Source: Bacteroidales bacterium UBA5235
GTDB lineage: Bacteria > Bacteroidota > Bacteroidia > Bacteroidales > VadinHA17
Length of the DNA: 64,000 nucleotides
Assembly (NCBI GenBank): GCA_002409145.1
Contig: DHUL01000044.1
Location: 29,400-93,399 of the forward strand
Direction of reading: 5' to 3'
The stretch's first letter is position 1; each line of letters starts with the position of its first letter. Both the position numbers and the translations under genes were made by a program. This document shows, piece by piece, positions 37,673 to 45,156 of the stretch. Under the pieces are notes generated by a model. The model made no database searches and had not been told where the DNA came from. It saw only the letters and a list, made by a program, of their open reading frames with translations.

Positions 37673-38683
37673 ATGATTATGGCCATCAGAAAGCTTCTGC
37701 TTCTACTTTTTATTTTGTCTCTCCTGGCAACACCGGAGGCAACAGGCCAGGAGCCTGACACGGTAAAATCGGTCCGCGGAGCCTCAAACAGCCTTTACGC
37801 AGAGGACAATGAGAACAACTGCCTGGTATGCCATGGCAGGCTTGTCTACTCCCTTACCGACACCACTACGGGAACCACAAGAAAACAGCTCATGTCTGAG
37901 CATAACCTGGTTGTTCCTGACATGTTCTACAATTCTGTCCACTGGAGCTTCAGCTGCCTTGACTGTCATTCCGAAGGATTCAAGACATTTCCCCATCCCC
38001 TGGAAACCCGGTTTGAGAGCTCCTGGGGGTGCATAGACTGTCATGGCTATGACCCGAACTACGCCCGGTACAAGTTTGAGGAGATAGATGCCGAGTATCA
38101 GCGCAGCATACATTACACTGCAACTGAAGGACTGATATCATGCTGGAAATGCCATGACCCTCACTATTACAATCCGCTTGCCAGGCAGGCCAGGGGTGGA
38201 CGGGAATATATCATCCGCTCAAATGAGATGTGTCTCCGTTGCCACGGTAACTCTGACGTGATGGGTCTGATAAATGACGAGAATGTCAGTATCGTATTGC
38301 CGAAGCATGAATGGCTTCCCGATGTGGACCGTCACATGGAGGCTGTCAGGTGCATAGACTGCCATACAAGGATGAATGACAGTGTCCTCGTGGCTCATGA
38401 GGTGATGCCGGCTGACAGTGCTGTCAGGGGATGTGCCGAATGTCACAGTCAGAACTCGATACTGATGGGCACACTTTATAAATATGTTTCTCAGGAAACC
38501 CGTGTTGAGAAGGGTTTTCTCAACGGAGTGATCCTGCGAAATGAATCGTATGTGATTGGTGCCAACCGCAGCAAATTCATCTCCTTCACAGGTATGTTCC
38601 TTATTGGCATGACAATTGCAATAGCCATGGTACACACACTTTTCAGGATCATTATCAAAAGGAAGCAGGTAGTTCATGAGTAA
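37673..38683 (+). CDS. Heptahaem c-type cytochrome with C-terminal membrane anchor
   Basis: 336 aa with signal peptide. Seven CXXCH (CLVCH, CLDCH, CIDCH, CWKCH, CLRCH, CIDCH, CAECH). C-terminal TM helix FISFTGMFLIGMTIAIAMVHTLF. Confidence 0.85.
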   Translation: MIMAIRKLLLLLFILSLLATPEATGQEPDTVKSVRGASNSLYAEDNENNCLVCHGRLVYSLTDTTTGTTRKQLMSEHNLVVPDMFYNSVHWSFSCLDCHSEGFKTFPHPLETRFESSWGCIDCHGYDPNYARYKFEEIDAEYQRSIHYTATEGLISCWKCHDPHYYNPLARQARGGREYIIRSNEMCLRCHGNSDVMGLINDENVSIVLPKHEWLPDVDRHMEAVRCIDCHTRMNDSVLVAHEVMPADSAVRGCAECHSQNSILMGTLYKYVSQETRVEKGFLNGVILRNESYVIGANRSKFISFTGMFLIGMTIAIAMVHTLFRIIIKRKQVVHE

Positions 38684-39296
38684 GAATTTTTACCATTATC
38701 CGGTCTGGGTCAGGCTGTGGCATCTAACCAATGCCATCCTGTGCCTTTTCCTTATAGTGACAGGATTCAGCATGCTTTATTCTGATCCTGATCGTGCCCT
38801 CGTTGTGAAATTTCAGCGGGCAGTCTCCATTCACAATGTGTGCGGAGTGCTGCTTACAATAAGCTATACCGCTTTCCTGATCGGTAATATTTTTACCGAA
38901 AACGGCAGGCATTACCTTGTTGCCGTCAAGGGCATGGCTGAGAGGCTCTGGAAGCAGGCCCGCTATTATGGATTCGGTTATTTCAAAGGTGAGGAGGCTC
39001 CTTTTCCCGTCACAGGCACCCGTAAATTCAATCCGTTGCAGCAGGTCTCATATGTGGGAGTGATGTATTTTATCCTGCCAATGCTGTTCGTTACGGGATG
39101 GGCCCTGATGTTCCCGGAGTTCATTCTGAAGAGATTCCTGGGATTCAGCGGCGTATTCCTTACAGACCAGTTCCATGTCATCCTTGGATTCCTGGTTGTT
39201 GTTTTTCTGTGTATTCACCTCTATGTCAGCACAATGGGCAAATCACCCCTGAGCAATTTCAGAAGCATCATCACCGGCTGGCAGGAGAGTCATTAA
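38676..39296 (+). CDS. Dihaem b-type cytochrome membrane subunit (HydC/PhsC/FdnI-like, PF01292-type)
   Basis: 206 aa, four TM helices with conserved His (RLWHL, SIHNV, QFHVI, CIHLY). 8-nt overlap with the heptahaem gene. Confidence 0.75.
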   Translation: MSKNFYHYPVWVRLWHLTNAILCLFLIVTGFSMLYSDPDRALVVKFQRAVSIHNVCGVLLTISYTAFLIGNIFTENGRHYLVAVKGMAERLWKQARYYGFGYFKGEEAPFPVTGTRKFNPLQQVSYVGVMYFILPMLFVTGWALMFPEFILKRFLGFSGVFLTDQFHVILGFLVVVFLCIHLYVSTMGKSPLSNFRSIITGWQESH

Positions 39297-39325
39297 TAAT
39301 TTGAGTATAATTAAAATCAAGGTTT

Positions 39326-39742
39326 ATGAAGAGAACAATTAAAACAATTTCCGTTGTGCTGGCAACAGCCCTGTTCGCCTTTGTTTCGGTAACGGCAAGT
39401 GCCCAGCAGAAGAAGGGAGAACCGTGGGTTATCCCTGCAGAGTACAAGAAGATGGCCAATCCCGTCGCCAAGGACGATGCAACAGTCAAGGCCGGGCAGG
39501 TCTCCTATACCAGGAACTGTGCTTCATGCCATGGCAAGACAGGTCTGGGTGACGGCCCGAAGGGCAGGATGTGCAAGACATTCCCGGGCGACTTCTCAGG
39601 CGCTGCCTTCCAGGGATTCACTGATGGAGAAATGTTTTACCAGACAAAGATGGGAAGAGGCGAGATGCCGGCATATGACAAGAAGGTTCCTGACAATGAG
39701 ATCTGGAGTATAGTCAACTACATGAGAACGCTGAAAAAGTAG
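39326..39742 (+). CDS. Class I monohaem cytochrome c
   Basis: 138 aa with signal peptide. NCASCHGKTGLGDGP plus a distal GEMPAY Met ligand region. Confidence 0.85.
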   Translation: MKRTIKTISVVLATALFAFVSVTASAQQKKGEPWVIPAEYKKMANPVAKDDATVKAGQVSYTRNCASCHGKTGLGDGPKGRMCKTFPGDFSGAAFQGFTDGEMFYQTKMGRGEMPAYDKKVPDNEIWSIVNYMRTLKK

Positions 39743-39756
39743 ATTTCAATAGTAAA

Positions 39757-39795
39757 TAAAAAAAGCTGTCCGCGTTGGCGGGCAGCTTTTTTTTT
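39757..39795. terminator. Bidirectional rho-independent terminator between convergent cytochrome genes
   Basis: A6-AGCTGTCCGC-GTTG-GCGGGCAGCT-T9. Confidence 0.85.
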
Positions 39796-39810
39796 GTGCT
39801 TTTGTAATCA

Positions 39811-40884
39811 CTATTTTGCCGGATCAGCGAATCCCAGGGTCTCCATTGTTGCAATTGAGTTGTCAAGCAGAGTCCTGATGTAACCGGGGTTGTGAAGGCC
39901 GTTGCTGCGGTCTTCCTTTACGGTGTTGTAGTTCAGGTAAGCCAGGACGGCGTTGGCCTTGAAGGTGCCTGCCTTCGCCAGGCCTGTTGCAGGATTGTAT
40001 ACGCCTGCTTCTGTCAGCTGTGCTTCCAGTCGTCCCATTTTGTCTTCGATGTCAGCTGTCAGGGCGTTGACCTTACCGTCGATTTCCGTTGCGTTCGTAT
40101 GGCATGTTGTGCATCCTGTTTTAAGCAGCGTCTCTGTTCCGTGGCTGTCATACATTAATCCCATGTTGTGTCCGCCTGCCAGGTATCCGTAAGGGGTTGA
40201 CATGTGGCAGGTGACGCATCCGTTGGCAGTTGAGTGAGGATTATTTGTGGGATGAGCCTCTCCCGGGAGTTCAAACGGGGTCTTGCCGAGGATGAGGTTG
40301 GTGTTCGGTCCGTGATGCGGTCCGATACGGGTTCCGTTGGAGGCAATTGTAAAATCAGCTCCGTTAACCGTTGGTGCCGGATTGACAGACCGTGACTGAT
40401 GACAGAAGGCACACTGGTTGCTGCTTCCTTTATCCCAGATGACATCTGCTCCGGCGTACTTGACCTCCAGTGTCTGAGCGCCCGGATTGGTCAGGGCCCA
40501 GTCAGCATCTGAGTAGGTGTCGTGAATATTGTGGCATGTGGCGCAGTTGATCTGCATCGGGTTCGAGGGAACAGAGATGTTGGCTGTTGAACCTTCAGCC
40601 AGATACTCGAGGAATCCCTGGCTGGTGTGACACTGCACACATCCGGCCCTGTTGGCATAGGCTGCATTACCCCCCCTGGCATGAGTTGACTCACTCCATT
40701 GTGCAGAGAATGCTGACATAGGGCTGCTGGAATTGTGGCATTCGGCACAACCGAGTGTTGTTCCGGGATCACCCTTGTCGCCCTTGGGGCCATCCTCACC
40801 TACCGGACCCATAGGGCCTTCACAGGAGGCCATTATAAGACCTGCTGATACAACAAGTGCAGCAAATTTCAGATTTTTTTTCAT
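39811..40884 (-). CDS. Hexahaem c-type cytochrome lipoprotein with collagen-like Gly-X-Y linker
   Basis: 358 aa from MKKNLKFAALVVSAGLIMASC (ATG 40884). Seven GXY triplets follow the lipobox Cys. Six CXXCH (CAECH, CVQCH, CATCH, CAFCH, CVTCH, CTTCH). C-terminal EDRSNGLHNPGYIRTLL helix as in NrfA/HAO-superfamily proteins. Confidence 0.85.
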   Translation of the reverse strand: MKKNLKFAALVVSAGLIMASCEGPMGPVGEDGPKGDKGDPGTTLGCAECHNSSSPMSAFSAQWSESTHARGGNAAYANRAGCVQCHTSQGFLEYLAEGSTANISVPSNPMQINCATCHNIHDTYSDADWALTNPGAQTLEVKYAGADVIWDKGSSNQCAFCHQSRSVNPAPTVNGADFTIASNGTRIGPHHGPNTNLILGKTPFELPGEAHPTNNPHSTANGCVTCHMSTPYGYLAGGHNMGLMYDSHGTETLLKTGCTTCHTNATEIDGKVNALTADIEDKMGRLEAQLTEAGVYNPATGLAKAGTFKANAVLAYLNYNTVKEDRSNGLHNPGYIRTLLDNSIATMETLGFADPAK

Positions 40885-40997
40885 ATAGGTTTTTATTTCG
40901 AATTTTTCCGATGAAAGGTAACAAGACCGTTGATTGGTCAGTACGCCGGGGCGTTGATATTTCAATCACAATGGATTGATATGTGCAGTCAGTCAGA

Positions 40998-41011
40998 TTG
41001 ACAAAGATCAA
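40998..41011. promoter_or_regulatory. FNR/CRP-type palindrome TTGACAAAGATCAA in the divergent intergenic region
   Basis: One mismatch to TTGAT-N4-ATCAA. Lies between the hexahaem gene (-) and crp/fnr (+). Extra TTGAT half-sites at 40930, 40953 and 40975, and TCAATC-N6-GATTGA at 40962-40979. Confidence 0.55.
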
Positions 41012-41087
41012 ATGCCGCTATGATATATGTCATAATTGCCTGACCCTAAAGAAATGACCAGGTAAATTTACATCAAAATCTAACCGG

Positions 41088-41783
41088 ATGTATACAGATA
41101 ACAAGATAATCAGTTGTGAATTCTGTTCCAGGTGCTGGTCGAACTTCAAAACCCTCTCTGCAGAGGAATTTGAACTCATCAACAAAAACAGGTATGAAGC
41201 CAGCTTCAAGCCTTCTGAGATAATCATCAAGCAGGGCTCGCCCTCTTCAAATGCAATATTCCTCCTTTCAGGACTGGCCAAGGTATATATGGAAGGGTAT
41301 GCCGGGAAGAATCTCATTCTCAACCTGGCAGGACCAAAAACGCTGCTTGCGGGACCGGGAGTTCATGTGAACTCAAGATATTGTTATTCCGTGGCGGCCA
41401 TTACCCATGTGCAGGCCTGCTTCATCAATTTTGACATCATCAGGAATGTGATATCAGCCAATCCCGGCTTCGCGGAAGGCTTTATCGAGGACCTCAGCGA
41501 AAAAGCACTGAAAATTCAGCAGAAGATGCTTAACCTGACCCAGAAAAAGATGCACGGAAGGCTCGCCGAAGCATTGCTTTATTTTTCAGACTCCGTCTTC
41601 CAATCTGATGAATTTGAGATGGTGCTCTCACGCCAGGAACTTGGTGAGATGACCAATATGGCCAAGGAGAGCGTTGTCAGAATTATTGGTGAGTTTGAAA
41701 ACGAGAATATTATTCATGCCACTCCCAGATCTGTCAGGATACTCAATAGAGAAAAACTGCTGGTAATTTCCGAAAAGGGATAG
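41088..41783 (+). CDS. Crp/Fnr-family transcriptional regulator with N-terminal Cys cluster
   Basis: 231 aa. N-terminal C-x2-C-x2-C (SCEFCSRCW), a cNMP-binding-like barrel and a C-terminal HTH (RQELGEMTNMAKESVVRIIGEFE). Confidence 0.85.
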   Translation: MYTDNKIISCEFCSRCWSNFKTLSAEEFELINKNRYEASFKPSEIIIKQGSPSSNAIFLLSGLAKVYMEGYAGKNLILNLAGPKTLLAGPGVHVNSRYCYSVAAITHVQACFINFDIIRNVISANPGFAEGFIEDLSEKALKIQQKMLNLTQKKMHGRLAEALLYFSDSVFQSDEFEMVLSRQELGEMTNMAKESVVRIIGEFENENIIHATPRSVRILNREKLLVISEKG

Positions 41784-41803
41784 ATTTGTATTAAATTGAT
41801 TTC

Positions 41804-44800
41804 ATGAAAGCATTACGGTTCCTCATTTCCCCTGCAATGATGGGTATACTCTTCATTGCTCTTGCAGCATCAATGGCTGCAGCGACATTCATTGAGAACG
41901 ATTTCGGCCAGGAGGCTTCCCGGGCGGCAGTTTACAACACCTGGTGGTTTGAGATGCTCTTTCTGGTGCTGGCCCTGAACCTGGTTGGCCAGATTGTCAC
42001 CTTCAGGCTGTGGCGCAGGGGAAAGCTTACTGTTCTCCTGTTTCATGCTGCATTTATCATCATGGTGGCTGGCGCTGCAATAACCAGGTACACAGGCTAT
42101 GACGGTATGCTGCACATCAGGGAGGGCAGCTCATCTGATGTCACATTCTCCTCAGGCAACACAATTACATTCGAGCTCACAGGGAGTGACGGCACCCTTC
42201 TGAACAGTCACTCAGCACCACTGAACATTTCAGGAGGCCGCCACGGGAAATACAGGAAGAGTCTTGAAACCGACGACGGAAAAGCCACCCTTACCTTCGA
42301 ACGGTATCTTGCCGGCGCTGTGAAAACGGTAGAGGAGACTCAGGGAGGCAGGCCGATGATATCACTGCTCTTCACACCTGATATGGTCACCAGCGAAACC
42401 GTAGTCCTGGCTCCGGGAGAGTCGGCAATGATAGGCGATATGACCGCCGGCTTCGAAACCCCGGCTGACATTTCTGTTACAACTGACGGGATCTCATTCT
42501 TTATCAGGTCATCAGTAGGACTGAGATCAACCGTAATGAAGGAGATGAAGTCGGAAGAATATCCCGCTGACACCCTGGTGCCGCTGATGAAAGGAACTGT
42601 TTACACCGCAGGCAGCTACAGGATAATGCCACAGATGATGACCATGAGCGGCACAATGGTGCCATCCGTGACTTCGGCAGGACAGAGATCCGGAGGTGCG
42701 CTTGAGTTCACGCTGAAGGGTGATGGCTATCAGGAAAAAATCTGGCTGTGGGATGACGGTGATGAAGAGAGGTCAGTATGGAAGGGTGATGCCGGCAGGC
42801 TGACTGCCAGGGTGAGTTACGGTGCCAGTGGAAAGCAACTCCCTTTCAGCCTGAGACTTGACGACTTTGTCGTGGAGCGGTACCCGGGTTCCAACAGCCC
42901 GTCGGGATTCAGGAGCAGGGTAACTCTCATCGATCCGGGACACGGTATCGAAATGCCTTATGATATTTACATGAACCATATCCTGAAATACCGCGGGTAC
43001 CGGTTCTACCAGTCGTCATATGATAATGACGAGCTTGGTACTGTTTTGTCTGTCAACCATGACCCGGCGGGGATGTACACCACCTATACCGGGTATGGGT
43101 TGCTGTTCCTGTTTATAATACTCTCACTTCTTAACAGGAAATCATTCTTCCGCACTGTAGCTCCCGGGCACTGGAGCTCGAATTACCGCAAACCTGTTGC
43201 TGCCATAGCATTGCTCCTGATGACTTCCCTGTCACCTCTGAAGAGCCAGGAACTGGTAATAGAGCGAAAAGCAGCAGATAGTTTTGGTGCAGTGCTGGCA
43301 CAGGATCAGAAAGGGCGGACGAAACCGCTTTATACCATCAGCAGTGACATCCTCCGGAAGGTGTCAAGGGAAAATAGTTTTGAGGGACTGTCACCAATGC
43401 AGGTATTCCTTGGCTGTTCGCTTGATTTCTACCACTGGCAGAACGTACCGCTCATAAAGGTTTCAAATGAGGAACTCCGCCGCGAGCTCAACCTGAAGGG
43501 CGAGAAGGCTGCCTTTTCGGAAATCGTAAAGATGGGCGAAGGTGGCGGTTACCTGCTTGGCTCCATGGTTGACAAAGCCTATGCAAAGAGTGTGACTGAC
43601 CGTACGAAGTTTGACAAGGAGGTAATTAAGGTCGACGAGCGGGTCAACATATGCTATATGATGTCAAGAGGAGATTTCATGAGGATATTTCCCCTTCGGG
43701 ACAGCACTGATCACTGGGGCAGTGCGGAGGATGCTGCAAGGCACGGCATAGGAAAGGAGGATTCCCTCTTTGTGGTGAGCGTGGTTCCGATGTGGGCTCA
43801 GTCTGTGACATTAGTGGGGGGCTCATCGGCACCTCCGGCAGACTATATCACCGCACTCACCAACTACCAGCACCGTTATGCCGGGTATGAACTGCCTGCA
43901 GAGAGCAAGGTAAAGGCTGAACTCTTCTATTATCGGGCAAGGATATTTGAAAGGCTTTTCCCGTGGTATGCTACCGTAGGACTTATAATGATAATTACAA
44001 TCATTACCATGATTATCAGGGGCAGGGAGCTCAGGGGACCAGTCCTCCGGGTGCTTGCCGGCCTGGTTGCTGCCGGATTCCTGTTCCATACCCTCGGTCT
44101 TGGCATCAGATGGTATATCTCGGGCCATTCGCCCATGAGCAACGGTTATGAATCAATGCTCTTCATCTCGTGGGTGACATTGCTTGCCGGGCTGATCTTC
44201 AGCAGGAGGTCGCTTCTTACCCTTGCAGCCACCTCTGTCCTTGGCGGACTGACACTTATGGTGGCGCACCTGAGCTTCATGGACCCGGAGATCACCAACC
44301 TGGTTCCCGTATTGCGTTCTTACTGGCTCACCCTGCATGTTTCCGTTATCACCGGCAGCTACGGTTTCCTGGGGCTGGGTGCCATCCTGGGGATTGTCGT
44401 CCTTGTGATGATGCTTTTCATCCATGAGGGTAACAGGGAGAGGATCAGTGCCGTAATTGATGAACTTACGGTAATCAATTACAGAACATTGACCCTGGGG
44501 CTTTATTTTCTGACCATTGGCACTTTCCTCGGGGCCATCTGGGCTAATGAGTCGTGGGGCCGTTACTGGGGCTGGGACCCGAAAGAGACCTGGTCACTTA
44601 TTACCATAATTGTATACACCCTGGTGACTCATTCCAGAATGATGCCGGGAATGAAAGATACGTACACTTTCAACCTGCTTTCACTTTTTGCATTTTCATC
44701 TGTGCTGATGACCTATTTCGGTGTTAACTATTACCTGTCAGGGCTGCACTCTTATGCCGCTGGCGATGCAGTGCCGGTGCCGGCATTTGTATATGTGGCT

Positions 44801-44869
44801 GCAGGAGTGCTCATCAGCCTGGCAGTTGCAGCAGGATTTGCATACCGGAAAGCGTTGAAGCGGCAGTAG
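41804..44869 (+). CDS. ccsBA: Fused cytochrome c biogenesis protein CcsBA (System II, ResB-like plus CcsA)
   Basis: 1021 aa. N-terminal ResB-like half with a large periplasmic loop. C-terminal CcsA half with the WWD motif WGRYWGWDPKETW and conserved His. Starts 20 nt after crp/fnr. Confidence 0.9.
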   Translation: MKALRFLISPAMMGILFIALAASMAAATFIENDFGQEASRAAVYNTWWFEMLFLVLALNLVGQIVTFRLWRRGKLTVLLFHAAFIIMVAGAAITRYTGYDGMLHIREGSSSDVTFSSGNTITFELTGSDGTLLNSHSAPLNISGGRHGKYRKSLETDDGKATLTFERYLAGAVKTVEETQGGRPMISLLFTPDMVTSETVVLAPGESAMIGDMTAGFETPADISVTTDGISFFIRSSVGLRSTVMKEMKSEEYPADTLVPLMKGTVYTAGSYRIMPQMMTMSGTMVPSVTSAGQRSGGALEFTLKGDGYQEKIWLWDDGDEERSVWKGDAGRLTARVSYGASGKQLPFSLRLDDFVVERYPGSNSPSGFRSRVTLIDPGHGIEMPYDIYMNHILKYRGYRFYQSSYDNDELGTVLSVNHDPAGMYTTYTGYGLLFLFIILSLLNRKSFFRTVAPGHWSSNYRKPVAAIALLLMTSLSPLKSQELVIERKAADSFGAVLAQDQKGRTKPLYTISSDILRKVSRENSFEGLSPMQVFLGCSLDFYHWQNVPLIKVSNEELRRELNLKGEKAAFSEIVKMGEGGGYLLGSMVDKAYAKSVTDRTKFDKEVIKVDERVNICYMMSRGDFMRIFPLRDSTDHWGSAEDAARHGIGKEDSLFVVSVVPMWAQSVTLVGGSSAPPADYITALTNYQHRYAGYELPAESKVKAELFYYRARIFERLFPWYATVGLIMIITIITMIIRGRELRGPVLRVLAGLVAAGFLFHTLGLGIRWYISGHSPMSNGYESMLFISWVTLLAGLIFSRRSLLTLAATSVLGGLTLMVAHLSFMDPEITNLVPVLRSYWLTLHVSVITGSYGFLGLGAILGIVVLVMMLFIHEGNRERISAVIDELTVINYRTLTLGLYFLTIGTFLGAIWANESWGRYWGWDPKETWSLITIIVYTLVTHSRMMPGMKDTYTFNLLSLFAFSSVLMTYFGVNYYLSGLHSYAAGDAVPVPAFVYVAAGVLISLAVAAGFAYRKALKRQ

Positions 44870-44876
44870 GCTGTTT

Positions 44877-44916
44877 AAAAAAAAGCTGCCCCGGGTATAA
44901 ACCAGGGGCAGCTTTT
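44877..44916. terminator. Bidirectional rho-independent terminator
   Basis: A8-GCTGCCCC...GGGGCAGC-TTTT: a 9-bp GC-rich stem between ccsBA (+) and tRNA-His (-). Confidence 0.8.
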
Positions 44917-44925
44917 CATTATCAG

Positions 44926-45000
44926 GGTGGAAGACCGGGTTCGAACCGGCGACCTCCAGATCCACAATCTGGCGCTCTAACCAACTGAGCTACAACCACC
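44926..45000 (-). tRNA. tRNA-His (anticodon GTG) with encoded G-1, no encoded CCA
   Basis: Reverse complement G-GTGGTTG-TA-GCTC-AGTTGGTTA-GAGC-G-CCAGA-TTGTGGA-TCTGG-AGGTC-GCCGG-TTCGAAC-CCGGT-CTTCCAC-C. D, anticodon and T arms are regular. The acceptor stem has U5-U68 and U6-U67 mismatches. Confidence 0.85.
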
Positions 45001-45156
45001 GTTTTACGGAGTGCAAAGAAACAGCAAAAATCCCATTTTACAAACAGTTATTTTTATTTTGTTATCAATTCATTCAAATAGTAACTTAGCCGTTTCAAAA
45101 ACAGTATGGTATAATTATTGCGGCATCAGGGTTTTTCAATTACATAACGTGACAAT

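Noticed and set aside
44738-44965. 75-aa minus-strand ORF
   Set aside because: It overlaps the ccsBA 3' end, the terminator and tRNA-His, so it is spurious.
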